Origin: Octopus sinensis
Taxonomy: Eukaryota
Reading direction: 5' to 3'
Length of the DNA stretch: 64,000 nt
Assembly: GCF_006345805.1 (NCBI RefSeq)
Contig: NC_043004.1
Span: 3,472,001-3,536,000, forward strand
Positions 36,341 to 50,250 of this stretch are shown here, piece by piece. The notes beneath the pieces are model-generated. The model did no database searches, was not told the DNA's origin, and saw only the letters and a program-made list of their open reading frames with translations. The position numbers were made by a program, and so were the translations under genes. Position 1 is the first letter of the stretch, and each line of letters starts with the position of its first letter.

Positions 36341-38069
36341 GGTTCACAATTATATATATATATATACATGCGGGTATGTATATATTTTTGGGCGAATGTG
36401 TGGGTGAGCAAGTGTGTTTCAAGTGAGGGTGGATGAGTATATACTTATAGGCGCATGTACCTGGGTGTGCGGGCGCGCATGTGTAAGTATGGACATGCGC
36501 ACTTACGCGAATACTATGAACATTTTTACTCACCTTTACTCCCTCCCCTTACTTAGCGGTCGTTCTAATAGCTCTTTTGTCTTAATAAAGATCAATCACG
36601 CAGTAATTTCCCTTTATTTTAACGGTCATTTTCATAGCATTTTTTTCGATGGCCCGACAACCGAAGAGATGCCGGCGTGATTTTCCGCTCCGACATCCAA
36701 AACTCGGAGTTTTATCATCGCTACCGAATAATTGTCACAGATGTATATATATATATAGTGTAATAAATAAAATATATGCATACATACAAACATATATGTA
36801 CGTACCGACATCTACATGTATATATACATGCATATATAAATATATATACGTACAGGACATCACAGGAAGACGAAAAGAATCAACAGAACGAAAACGGAAA
36901 AGACATTTTGTTACAACAGAAGGACAGAGACGTGGAACAAGACGAAACGAAAACGAAAACGGGAAAAACAATTATGTGCAACAGAAAAACGAAGTACAGG
37001 ACATGCTACACAAGGAAAAATCCCCTTCATCAGCTGTCGCTAGCAGACACGTGTTTCGAAGGCAGAGACAGAACACGTAAGGTCAAGCTAGGCCTTCATA
37101 TATATTCCACTCGCTTCGAACCCACACTTCATCCGTTCCGATAATCGGCAGTGAGTTGGTCAACAAATCCTCTCCGGCGGTCGTCAGTGGACGGCTGCTA
37201 CGTACCATACTATTCCAAAGTGTATAGGCATATGACCGGAAATTACATGTGAACTTATATTCTCACTGCAACTTTGAACATCAACCTTACACCTCAATAA
37301 CGAATGACGACTTCGACTAGTGCGGCCGCATTGAGCGATGCACTTGCTCTCCCAGTGAGGAATTCGTAATACATGCCAGTTGGATCTTTGGACCGCAGGC
37401 AGAAGCATCACATTTTTCCTGCTGAAATTCTATACCCGGCTGTCGCGGCTTTCTTCCAGTGTTTGCCCTTGTGTCTGTTAGAAATTATTAGTATTAGAAG
37501 CATCTTCATTAAGAAGATGACGATGTCTGCATTTCGTGATCCTAGGGAAGGCGGAGAGTATAGTAAATGAAGCAAATGGGACCGAAAGCCTTGTGGTATT
37601 TAACTCAATCAAATTAAGTTCTTAGTTCAAATCTTTACGTTTGTCTCTCCCCAACGCTCAAAATGAAATCCCAAGCAAATACTAAACCTCGTTTCCGAAA
37701 AGTTATGGCGTTCTGCCTGTTGGAAAATATTTGCTTTTCGCTGACATTCCGCTTCCTTTTATCATTTGAGTCCACTGCAGTTATTTTACATAGAACATGT
37801 AACGTTACATGTGCGTGTGTACGTGTGTGTTTGTGTGTTTATGTTTCTGTCTGCGTTTGTATGTGTGTGTGTGTGTGTGTGTAATTTTGAATCAAAGCTA
37901 TGTATTTATAGTTCCACATCATCTGACGAGAGTGACAGTGCGAAACTCGGAGTGGCGACCTGTGAAGATACATTTTTGAATTTAAAATTACTCAACTCCG
38001 CCTGGCCGAATTATTCCGCTTAATTGAATACCATGTAATCATTTTTGGCAGTGTACATACATGCGTGCG

Positions 38070-38132
<63 letters not shown>

Positions 38133-38139
38133 TACATAC

Positions 38140-38188
<49 letters not shown>

Positions 38189-39798
38189 ATGTGTGTGTGT
38201 GAACATGTATAAATATATAGATGTATATTCTCTCACGCACACACAAACACACATACACACATATATATATACGTATGTATGTATGTGTATGTATGTATGT
38301 GTATACGTATACTAGATGACAGGCATAATAACAACCAGTTTGGAACAGACGCCTAGTATTACAAAAAAAAAAGGAATGTTAATCCTTGTATTATGCAAAT
38401 ATGGTTATTGAATTTTGATTGAGCATATATAACAACAACAACAACAACATCAACGACGACGACAAGCTAACATTAAGAAAAACACTGAACATTACAAGCG
38501 GCTATCTTATGGCTTGCCATTTGACTGCCTCTTGCTTAGCAATAACGACCAAATTAAGCTTCCACTTGTCTTCTTTCTCTCTTGTTTTCTTTTCGATCTT
38601 TTTATTTTTTCTTTTCTTTTGAAAGAAGAGAGGGGAGGGTGTCGGTGATTTCATACGGATTACCAATTCTATAAAATAATGTGTGACATCAACTTCTTCA
38701 CATTTTTCTGAGCTGTGAATTTCAGTGATGCATTTCAAAAGTTGTCTTCAATCATGGCACCAGTCGGATAGGATTTCAGCTCTACTTGTTACAAACTACC
38801 AACAATTACGGTTTAACATTATTATTTTTACAGACTGATGCTGTTACAGAATCGGTAGCGCTCCAGGAAAATGTTTTCAGTTTTTTAGTTTCGTGCTTTT
38901 AACGTTCTGACTTCAAATCCAGCTTCGGCCAACTTCGACTTTGATCTTTCCGGGCCAATATAATTGTCACTTCCATATAAAACCTCTGACCCTCTGTCTA
39001 TGTAAAAAAAATAATAAAATAGTTAATGGCAGTGGATTGGTAGAATTGTTGGATGGTCGGAAAAAAACCGCCTTGTGGTATTTGTTCTAGATCTTTACGT
39101 TCTGAGTTCAAATCTTGCCCAGGTCAATTTTGCCTTTTATTCGTCGGGGCGATAAAATAACGTATCATTCAAGTACTAGACCGAATAGTCGAATAACCCT
39201 CAAAATTTCAGGCCTTGCGTCTATTATTATTATTATTTCGTCTCCCGAGCGTTAAACTAATACATCTGTTTATTGTTTACACACCCGTCTTCGTCTTTTG
39301 ATTTTTTGTTTTGTTTGTTTTTTTTTTTTTTGTAAATTTCTTGCCGCAAAGGCATTTTTCAAATACGCCAGCCAAGATAAGTTAAAAATTGTCTGAAGTC
39401 GTAAGACACCCACTGTTTTGTCCTGTTATTACTATTCTTGTTTCTTATTTCTATTTTTTGTTTCTTGTATTTATATTTGTGTGGCATCCTGTCCTTGTTT
39501 CGTATACATTCGATCCTCTTTCCAAGAGATCTAATGCCCGTAGCTTAGTTTTTCTTTGGGGCCGGCCGTATCGGAGCGATATAGAGGATTAATCAGCCGA
39601 AATTGCTAAGATGTTCCGGTTCCCGACTGAAGATTTTTGTTTTTGTTTGTTTTTGTTTTTGTGCCGTCTCTTTGTGTGTTTTTGCGTTCTTGTCCCATTT
39701 TGTAATTTATATTTAATTTCTATACATATATATATATATATTCATCTTCTGGATATTTTCAGTCTTTGTTTCTCTCTCTCTCTATATATATATATATA

Positions 39799-39848
<50 letters not shown>

Positions 39849-39973
39849 ATATATATATATATATATAATCATCTTCTGGATATTTTCAGTCTTTGTTTCC
39901 CTCTCTCTCTTCTCTCATCTCTCTTCTATTATTATATATATATATATATATATAATATATGTGTGTAGTATAT

Positions 39974-40073
39974 NNNNNNNNNNNNNNNNNNNNNNNNNNN
40001 NNNNNNNNNNNNNNNNNNNNNNNNNNNNNNNNNNNNNNNNNNNNNNNNNNNNNNNNNNNNNNNNNNNNNNNNN
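39974..40073. other. Assembly gap (100 N)
   Basis: N run. Confidence 1.
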
Positions 40074-40246
40074 TGTTTCTGTTGATTATCTGTTTGTTGC
40101 ACGTGGCGGAAATATAGGATCGTTTGAAGAATGACTTCTTATCGAACTCTTGTGGCATATTTCATTAAAGGAGTTCTTATCACCAAAACACAACTAAACT
40201 TTTAGTTGACAAAGCAAAAATAATTCAAAATGTTCAAATTACATAC

Positions 40247-40287
<41 letters not shown>

Positions 40288-40601
40288 ATCTATCTATCTA
40301 TCTATCTCTCTCCCTCTTCTCTCTCCCCTTCCCTTCCCTCCATCCTCTTCCTCTATCCCTCTCTCTATAAATCCGTGGGTCTATATATCAGTCTATTTAT
40401 CAATTTATCAATTTATCTCCCGATCAGTCTAATTATATTTTTTCTGAAATATAATATACTCACTCGCTTAAATTTATACACACCTGCACACACATACACA
40501 TATATACACATATGCCTGCATATACATCGATTTCAAATTTTGGCACAAGGTCAGCAAGTCTGGGGTGGGGTGAGTCGATTACATCAACCCTGAAAGGATA
40601 A

Positions 40602-40753
40602 CTTTCTTTATTGGCCACACAAGGCTGAAATACAGAGGGGACAAATACAAATGTAAAGCTTTTCTTTTCGAAGATGGAAAAAGAAAAGAGGAAACAAAAA
40701 AGGAAACAAATGTAAAATTCCGATCAAAAGGGATCAGAAAAAAAAGGAAAAAA
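40602..40753 (-). mobile_element. Short 3'-UTR-only copy of Tx1 family 3 inserted in a minus-strand SINE A (40530-40860)
   Basis: TTTCTTTATTGGCCACACAAGGCTG...GCTTTTCTTTT...GATCAAAAGGGATC matches 63117-63280. Imperfect TSD GAAAGGATAA / GAAAAGATGA. Confidence 0.75.
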
Positions 40754-41895
40754 GAAAAGATGAAAGGCAAAGTCGACCGCGACACAGTTTGTATTCAGAT
40801 GTAAAGACGCCGCTAAGCATTGTGCACGGCGTGATAACGATTCTGCCAGCTTGCCGCATTAAAAAGTTAAATGCTTACAACACTTTCTAATTCCTAGGAT
40901 ACATGCATATATATTAGAAATATGATTGTATATTACGTCAGTGAAAGAGAAAATACTGATGTGTGTGTGTTTGTGTGTGTAATGCAGAACTATATAAACA
41001 GGACATGTGATCATAAATTATAGGTATAAAAATATTCTCGTTGAAACGGCCATAACCTGGATACGTCTCCCCATTCCATTCCAAGAATTTATGTCCCACA
41101 TTATCTTTGATGGGTCCTCAAATTTGTGTCTCTGCAAATAACACCAAATGGGCCTTTTGTATTTCCACAAGGAGTCGGAAGTCTCCAAAATAAACCCTCC
41201 GATGCGCTCTAATGTTCAGCTCCATAGTAGTAGCCTGAAAATCCTGCTCTGCTTGGACTAACGATAGTAGAGATGGGTACAAGGCGTCCACAGTTGTTCT
41301 CTGTGATCTTGCGCAAGCGCAATGAGGCGTTTTGAGAGCTTATGAGAGACTTGGTGTCTGGAAGCTTCGGCATCATACAGATAAGTGCTCTTTCACACGC
41401 CCTGAAGAAGACTAATCTTATTCGCTTTCAGATACTCGATTGCCAAATGCTATGAAGCTTGTTACGGGCATTCCAGGTTTGTCCCAAGAATGTCTTCCTT
41501 ACTCTCATAAAAACAAATATATACATATTCCATTTATTTCCTCTGGACATTGATCAATGTCTCTAGCAGCGGAACGACTGTAAACACACACTCACACACA
41601 CACACACACACACACACACATCCTTTACCTTCATAAAGTAAAGATACTTCTCTCACGCCGCTCACATTCGATCTGTCGATGAAGATATCGGATGTGTGTC
41701 TATTTTATAACTATTTTAAGGCCAGAAACATGGAATTATACCCAGGAAAATACATAAATAATACGGTATTAATAACAAATAACTTCGCATGCGCGCACAT
41801 ATGTTTGCGTGTGTGTGATTATTTTACATTTGTGTGTTTGTATCTAAGCGCCTGTGATACACACACAAACACACACACACACACACACATATATA

Positions 41896-41931
<36 letters not shown>

Positions 41932-42679
41932 TATATGTATGTATATATACACACACACACACACACATATTTGTGTGTTTGTGTGTGTGTGTGTGTGCAC
42001 GTGTGCGTAAGAATGTGCGTACACAGGGAATGGTCGGCTCGATTGATCGATTGATTGATAGATAAATGTGAAGACACAGTTGATACGTATGAATTAACCG
42101 TAACACATACACATACGGACGTACATATTTATATGTCCGTGTATGTATGTATGCATACACACACACAAACACACACACATATATATATAATATTGAGATG
42201 TGTACATATGCGTGTGTATACACACACACACACACATACATATATATATATATTATATTATAGATATATTTACACATATATAACATACATATGTCAATAT
42301 ATATACACGTGTCCGTATGTCTTTGTGTGTAATGTGTATATGTATATATACGTGTGTGTGCGTATGTGTATGTATATATATATATAATTGTGTGTCAGTG
42401 TGAATATGGGTGCCTGGGTACACATATGCATGTCTACGTATGTCCCGGTGCGTGTGCGTATCTCTGCGTGTTTGTGAGTCGTTCTTTTGCGTGTGTTTGC
42501 GTGTGTGTGTGTGTGTGTGTGTCTTTGTGTATCTGTTGGATACCTCAGTGTGTGCGTACATATACAGGTAGCGATGGGTAAATTGTCACCATCATATATT
42601 TTTAATTTCGCGCATGCGCATTGTTTGTTTTGGATTTTGTCGACCATACATTGGTAGGGTCAGTTGGGCACCGTCTGTG

Positions 42680-43340
42680 AGGAAAACAGCAACATGACGC
42701 AATTCACTCTGCCAGAAATTTGGAAACGAAATGCTGTATTGCTTGGCATTCGCGCTGGAAACTCCAATGCGAACATTTCAAAGTGTTTGTGTGTCAGTCA
42801 GAGGACTGCAATCTGAGGACATGCACCGAGAGTGATAAAAATCAAACATCCAGTCAACATCATGCTGTTTGGAGTGATCACAACTAGTGATGGCGGCGTT
42901 ATGCCTCCATTCATCCTCCCACACTGGAGGCATACCGTCGCCGTCACTAATGATCACTCCAAACACCATGATGTGGACTAGATGTTTGATTTTTATACCA
43001 CTCGGTACATATCATCAGACTCAACACGAAAGCCTACATCAAGTGCCTGGAGGAGGTAATGCTGCCCTGAGTCAAGAGGGTTACTGCTGGAAGACCCTAC
43101 GTTTGGCAACAGGTGCCTGCACCATGCCACACATGCAGGAGAACCCAGTCATGGCTGACAGACAATTTCTGCAACCACATCATCCCTAACATCTGACCAC
43201 CTAACTCCCCAGGCTGCAACCCCCTTGGTTATTATGTGTCGGACGCAGTTGAGTGAGAGACCAACAAAACTGTACTCGTTTGTATTTCAAGATATTTTTG
43301 TGTAATTTTGGTAAATATATCTGTTAAAATTGAGATGTCA
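42680..43340 (+). mobile_element. Decayed Tc1/mariner-superfamily (maT-like) transposon
   Basis: KHPVNIMLFGVI..DG.VMPPF; YIKCLEEV.LP; YVWQQ..APCH; PPNSPGCNPLGYYV. Confidence 0.7.
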
Positions 43341-43508
43341 GTGCTATTTTCATTTCTGCGTATATGCATTATATTTCCTTTAATGCATCTAATTACATTT
43401 TGGACATACACTTATATACATCTGTATTGACTTTTCTCAATATTCATACCGTTTCCTATAGATGCACAAATGTATTTCTTTCCCAAATGAATTGCACTTC
43501 ATGTTCAA

Positions 43509-43586
43509 GGCTCCGATGAAGCTCTAAGTGTTATTCAGGCACTCGACTGTGTCCACTGCATCTTATAGCAGAAACAGCTGTAAGCT
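43509..43586 (+). ncRNA. Degenerate type I hammerhead motif
   Basis: GGCU-CCGAUGA-A-GCUCUAAG...CUUAUAGC-A-GAAA-CAGCU-GUA-AGCU. One core mismatch. Confidence 0.55.
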
Positions 43587-43761
43587 AATGAACTTCATAA
43601 GATAATCACTTATTCCGTTGTCATTTCTCTTTCTCATATATACTCCGAGTTTTGTCATGGCTACCGAATAATTGTCACATATTACATTTACAGATAAATT
43701 CCTCTATTTACATAATATCGAGGTCTCTTTCATTCTTTTGTGTCTTCTTAACATTTTCAAT

Positions 43762-43802
<41 letters not shown>

Positions 43803-43866
43803 CACACACGCACACACACACATAGAAACACACACACACACCACACACACATATACATATATACAC

Positions 43867-43905
<39 letters not shown>

Positions 43906-44017
43906 AATTCAGGGTGAATACTTGATAAATGTAAGCACCTGTGTATGCCAGCTAGTAGCATAGGTGATAGGATATTGTATCAAATGAATAAATGAAAAAC
44001 AAGACGCAAAGGATGTT

Positions 44018-44093
44018 GCAGTACATATGTTTCGGGCTTTATGCATCATGCATAATCGATATAACAGATAGATCAAAAGCCTTCTTCAGCTGC
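44018..44093 (-). ncRNA. Type I hammerhead ribozyme motif with intact core
   Basis: Minus strand: GCAG-CUGAAGA-A-GGCUUU...AAAGCC-C-GAAA-CAUAU-GUA-CUGC. Stems I and II pair, and stem III is the palindrome ACAUAUGU. Confidence 0.7.
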
Positions 44094-44304
44094 GTGCCAT
44101 TGCTACACCAAAGACTTGTATCACATTATAAAAGGTTTGAGAAAAAACCGAGTATCATTGGGAATGTATGTTTGTAAATCTTCATAGGCGTACTTGGTAT
44201 TATTAGACTCCAAAACAAATCGTCCATACCGTTTTTTCACTCGATATAGAATGAGTTCCATAAAGTCCGGAACATATGTACCGCAACATCCTTTGCATCT
44301 TGTT

Positions 44305-44347
<43 letters not shown>

Positions 44348-44394
44348 CAGAATGGGATCTCTAAGCAGTGATAAGTAAAATTGTAATATTATCC

Positions 44395-44981
44395 TCTGTC
44401 CGAATATGGTTGAGACACTTTGGAACCGGTGAACAAGCAACTAACTGCGTTTTGAGACGGTAAATTTATCCCGTTTGTTGTCAAACGGTGTGTATACACA
44501 TAGATCATCTCGCAGCGTCACCTACCCAGACCGTGAGATGCAAGCATTTCAGAGTAGTTATCTCCTCTTCGATCACAGACACCCGGCAGGCGGCGCTGCG
44601 AGCTGATTGAAGAGACTGATTCTCTTATGCTTTTCCAGTTGCCATACGGCGACTGGCAGCGCTCCTAGTGCCCCCCACCCCCTCTGTAATTTACTTCCGG
44701 TGAGCCACCACACGGCGCTGCCAGTCGTCATATGGCGAGCGGAAAAGCATACGAGAATCAATCTCTTCAATCAGCTCGCAGCGCCGTCTACCTGGTGTCT
44801 GCGACCAAAGAGGTGATAGTTACTCTGAAATGCTTCGATCTCACGGTCTGGGTAAGTGGCGCTGCGAGCTGATATAGGTGCATACACACCATTTGTCTAC
44901 AAATGGGATATATTTTCCATGACAGAGGCAATGAGTAGCTTCTTCACCGGTGCCACAGTGCCTCAAGCATATTTGGACAGA
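44395..44981. mobile_element. ~590-bp fold-back (palindromic MITE-like) element
   Basis: ~270-bp imperfect inverted arms TCTGTCCGAATATG... / ...CATATTTGGACAGA with a ~50-bp spacer. Lies between (TA)n tracts. Confidence 0.8.
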
Positions 44982-44986
44982 CGAGT

Positions 44987-45017
<31 letters not shown>

Positions 45018-45382
45018 ATGTGTGTATATGCATGTATATGTGTGTATATGCATGTATATGTGTGTATATATATGTGTATATATATATGTGTGCATATATA
45101 TATATACATGTATATATATGCATATATATATGTGTATATATATGCAAATATATATGTGTATACTTATGCATATATATATGTGTATATATATGCATATATA
45201 TATACATGCATATATATGCATATATATATATATATACATACATGCATATATGTGTATACATATATATATACATGCATATATATATATATATACATGCATG
45301 TATATGCATATATATATACATGCATATACATATATCATATATTATAGATATATATAAGGTATATATATATATACATGCGTAT

Positions 45383-45420
<38 letters not shown>

Positions 45421-45426
45421 ATATAT

Positions 45427-45488
<62 letters not shown>

Positions 45489-45504
45489 ATGTATATACAT
45501 GTAT

Positions 45505-46672
45505 ATAACTTAGAAAGGTTTTGGCCAGTATTGGCCCAGGCCATGTCTAACTTAATAGCACCACCTGGCGAAGTCTTTCAATTCAGGATTTGGGCACCAA
45601 GGCCCATTCGAGCAGAGAGTTATTGTTTGCGGAGACATATCCGGGTGTGGGTGGTTTGTCCGGGACTGTTTGAAGGAATTTGTCCAACGATTTCTTGAAT
45701 TTTGTGTGGTCAGTTTCTGTTTTGACGTGTCCTAGTGTAATGTTGAAGAGAGCGGGCCCAATTGAGGTGAAATAATTGTCGTTATGTCATATTGTCGTTA
45801 TGTGATGCGATTTGGATTTTTGTTGTGGACGGATGGCACGTGGTCCAAGCCTTGGATGTATTTTGAAGGTGATGCCAACATCATTTGGACAGTGCTGATG
45901 GAATATTTTCCACATCATACAGATAATGTAGCGTTCACGGCGTCGTTGGAGTGAATACAGTTTCAGCTTCTCTAGTCTACCCCAGTAGTCAAGGTTTGAC
46001 ATGCCATCTATCTTTTTTGTGATTGACCTTTGGGGAGCTTCAATTGTCATAATATTTTGTTTTGTGTAGGGAGACCACAGTGGACAGCAGTATTCAAGGT
46101 GGGATCGGGCAAAAGTGGAGAACAGAAGGATAATAGTGTGGGAATCTCTTGACTGGAAGGTTCTGAGAATCCAGGAACACATTCTGCGGGCCATGTCAAC
46201 TTTGCTGCTTATATGTGTAGCCCAGCTTATGTTGTTGTCCACTGTTACTCCCAAGTCTCTGATGTTGTTGGACGCCATGATAATTTCTCCAGAAGGAAGG
46301 GAGTATGGGAGTTTCAGAGCGTCCTCCCTTCCAAAGTGGATCAGTTCGAATTTGTCTTCGTTTAGCAACATGTTGTTCTTTTCCGCCCATTGGACAACAG
46401 CCAGTAGGTCTGACTGAAGGCTTATTCGGTCATCCACGCCATTGATGACCTTCTGGAGCTTGGTGTCATCAGTGAAGGTTCTGATGTTACTACGTTTGAT
46501 GGTGTCAGTAATATCATTTATGTAGATGATGAAGAGAAGTGGGCCCAACACAGTGCCTTGTGGGACACCACTGCTGACTTTAGCTGGGCTGGATTTGACT
46601 CCTTCGACTACAACATGTTGGGTTCTGTTAGACAGGAAGCACTTGATCCACTGCAGCAGCTTTCCAGTGACA
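45505..46672 (-). mobile_element. 5'-truncated CR1/L2-group LINE (RT + 3' UTR)
   Basis: ORF 45787-46689: SGVPQGTVLGPLLF, FTDDTKL, RDLGV, HLEYC, LYSLQRRRER. 3' end CTTTCTAAGTTAT lies in a TA-rich microsatellite. Confidence 0.9.
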
Positions 46673-46784
46673 TGTATGTGTATATACATGTATATATATA
46701 TATATGATATATATATATGTATGTATATATGTATGTGTATATATATATATGTTATATATATAATTATATTATATATATGTAGTG

Positions 46785-46823
<39 letters not shown>

Positions 46824-47108
46824 GTATATATATATATAGATGTTATATATATAATATATATGTATATATAATATATATATGTATATATAATATATATTAT
46901 TGTTATTATATATATATATATATATATATAAATATATGTATATTATATGTATATATATGCATATATAATAATGTATGTAGTTATATATGTATGTATGGAT
47001 ATATATATGTATTATGTATACATGTATGTGTATATATATACGTGTGTGTGTATATATATATATGTGTGTGTATAAGATGTGTAATATATGTGTGTTATAT
47101 ATTATGTG

Positions 47109-47139
<31 letters not shown>

Positions 47140-47191
47140 ATATATATAGATATAATGTGTGTGTATATATATATATATGTGTGTGTGTGTG

Positions 47192-47231
<40 letters not shown>

Positions 47232-47829
47232 ATATATATATATGTGTGTTTGTATATATATATGTATATATATATATATGTATATATATATACGTACATG
47301 CATATATAGTGTGCGTACTTATAAGCATATATACATAAGTGCATGTACACATAGTTGGATTGGATACATAATCCCAAATCCTTTAAATATAAAATAAAAA
47401 TTAGATGGAACAAAAAATATCATTTTGTTAAAAACAAAACAAAAAAACGCCGACCAAAATAATCAACTCCGGCACTAAATAAATGATTCTTTGAATAATC
47501 TAACCTTTTGTTCGAAAGGAGCATCTTAAAGAAATTATTTCGATGCCTTCGTTTGATAATTCTTACCGTTTTTGTTGTAGCATTCTTTGAGCGTTCAGAT
47601 ATTATAAAGCCATATTTTGTTGGCCTCTAACCGTGGGATTTATCGGGAGACAGATATCGAAATTACATAGCGGAAATGCTTATGTAAATATTAAAAGCCG
47701 TGTGTGAACGGACGCAGTGGAAGCGACAGAGATGGAATAAAACAAGAATCAAGACAAAAACCAGATACTTTTATCCTGTCTGTTAAACGTAACTATATCT
47801 CGACACAATCTTTTTTTTTTCGTTCTCAG

Positions 47830-47953
47830 ACAAGCGACGTACCAAACAATCAGTCGGATCAAGGGAACAATAAATTTAGCGATAAAATAGCCATATGTTT
47901 CAACGACGTCATTCACATTGCTGTAGAAACTCATCATCAATCTTCTAAGACCG
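47830..47953 (+). other. Candidate host exon
   Basis: T-rich acceptor TTTTTTTTCGTTCTCAG, donor GTAAGC, one open frame (TSDVPNNQ...SSKT). No homology recognised. Confidence 0.3.
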
Positions 47954-48699
47954 GTAAGCCAAGCTGGATGAAGTAAAGGAAGAGAATGTGGTAGGATACG
48001 ATAGATAAAGACGATCGAACGGAAAGCAATGATTGCAGGGCAAAGCGAGATAGGTTGAGCTTAGTACGAGACAAAACATCCGGATTTTTAACTTTCCGGG
48101 CCAAGTCAACAGACGAAGACACCGAAAGACATCGATTTTCATGTGACATCTTAATTAGTATCTGTCCATTCAACGTCAAATTCTATCGGTATGGGTTTTT
48201 GGTTTCGGTTTTTTTTTTCCTTCTTTCATTTTTTCATCTTTCTTTTTTAAACTTTCAAACTGGTTTCTCTGTTTAATGAAACGATGATTAACATCTTCTT
48301 TGACCTAAAATACTAACCATGAATGATTGAAACGTTTCTGTTGACAATCTCTCTCACTCACAATATATAATTTTGACTTTAGCACAGACAGTATTTCAAA
48401 TATATTTAGTACATTGTTCATTTTTCAATTCTATGAAACCTGAATATGTTCAAGGACTGTCTAAAGGAAATTGATGTTTTTTTTTTCTTTTTAACTTTTC
48501 TTTACAAAAATTTTATTTTCATTTCATATTTTCTCTATACTACCGAGCGCAGACTTGTGAGCTTGGGTCGCCAGTAGTGTTTTGTTCTGATTTTGCATTT
48601 TCTATTGTATTGAAAGTGCACTAAATAATATGCTTGCACTATTTGCCATGGTGTTTCGTGTTTGTTGTGTACACTTGTAAGTTCTGGTTTTGCATTTCT

Positions 48700-50250
48700 T
48701 TACCAAAGGAACATCGGATAAAGGGCAGTGGAGGCACGAGGTATTGCAAAGACATGGGAAAGTTCAACCACAGTGGGTCTAGTCCGACTCCCAGAAGAGG
48801 CTAACAGGAGATGGACCGACTGACCACTGGAGAACTCCCGTTTTACGTGAAGAGCAGAAGTTCCAATCTAGTCAAACGAAAACTGAGGCAGAGAACGATG
48901 GCAGGGCGATAATTTATGATGGCTAGGGCGATACACATAATTGGTACCTCAACTCGAACGTTCAGGGATAGCTTCCTTTCAGCCCATTTCTGTCCGTTAC
49001 CTTGACCCAGCTCCTGTTTATCTGCCGGTGGTTCAATTACCACCTGCAGGCAGACAGATTAATCAGTTCGTTTTTCCGACGTCCCACAACGCTCTCCAAT
49101 GTCATAGACGTGCTTTTCAACGTACCACGCTGCATAACCATCGATTTGTTCCGAATTTATCATCGCTTTTAACTCGTATTCTTTTACAGTGTGCTGTCCA
49201 AACGCACCAACTCCAAACGAATGATTCTCTACACTTGTAGCTTCTGTAGTTATAACTCGATAACCTATTTCTTTACTACACACAAGGGGCTACACACAGA
49301 GGGGACAAACAAGGACAGACAAACGGATTAAGTCGATTATATTGACCCCAGTACGTAACTAGTACTTAATTTATCGACCCCGAAAGGATGAAAGGCAAAG
49401 TCGACCTCAGCGGAATTTGAACTAAGAACGTAAAGACAGACGAAATGCTTATTTCTTTACTACCCACAAGGGACTACACACAGAGGGGATATACAAGGAC
49501 AGAAACATGGATTAAGTCGATTATATCGACCCCAGTGCGTAACTGTTACTTATTTAATCGACCCCGAAAGGATGAAAGGCAAAGTTGACATCGGCGGAAT
49601 TTGAACTCAGAACGTATCGGCAGACGAAATACGGCTACGCATTTCTCCCGGCGTGCTAACGTTTCTGCCAACGCGTAGGAGAGATCAGAAAAGACACCGC
49701 AGGTTAAACGAGCATGCAATATGTAGCTTCTAATCGGTGACTGTTCACTTTTACCTGACGCAGATATGAGTCAATCTCTGGAAACAGGTTCGAAAGCGAC
49801 CGATTTTACGATTACTGCCAAGAAGCGATGGCCAGCTTTATCGAAAGCATTCAATGGATCCAAGCAAGGTTTGTTTCCTATCCTCTCTATGATGCATAGC
49901 ATGAGATAAATATTGTTGTGGTTGGAGCTATCGGGGGTTGCACTTATTTGTGCTTTTTCGTCCTTACCCTCGACAACAAACACCTACCATTTGGCGCGCC
50001 GGCAATGTTGTGTCTGCCTTTCGGTAACCTGGCCTCTCTCTGTGTCAACTGTGCACACCACAAATTTGCGGTAATGTTTTTTTATTGTCGTTCACATCCA
50101 GTGCTACAGATCAAGGATTATCCTATGGACCTCTGAATTCAATACTTCCCTCTACAGCACTGCAACTCCGCCGCACAATCACGTCAGACCACAAAATGAG
50201 TCAAAATGAGTACGCATGAGCGTTACGTATTTTGGTGTCGGGAATGGCTA
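48700..50250 (-). mobile_element. Old decayed Tx1-like ORF2 remnant
   Basis: AQISATP..S.HNNIYL...IERIG..LD..NAFDKAGHRFLA and KWAERKLSL..RVEV...I.YR..IV.C...LTRLE.LLF align to ORF2 of the two full-length LINEs. Confidence 0.7.
49266..49673 (-). mobile_element. SINE family A dimer with Tx1-like tails, 184-bp period
   Basis: TATTTCTTTACTAC at 49266 and 49450. Head at about 49630-49673. Confidence 0.88.

Noticed and set aside
37921-37955. Hammerhead (CTGACGA...GAAA)
   Set aside because: Stems II and III and the cleavage triplet do not form.
45482-46696. ~26-bp TSD around the CR1/L2 copy
   Set aside because: Both flanks are low-complexity TA/CA sequence, so the match cannot be distinguished from chance.
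44841-47413. Long Y/I/C/V/H/T-rich ORFs (also 9951-10361, 41679-42647, 50499-51757, 56576-57651, 62751-63146)
   Set aside because: These are translations of (TA)n, (CA)n, (GATA)n and (GGTT)n microsatellites.
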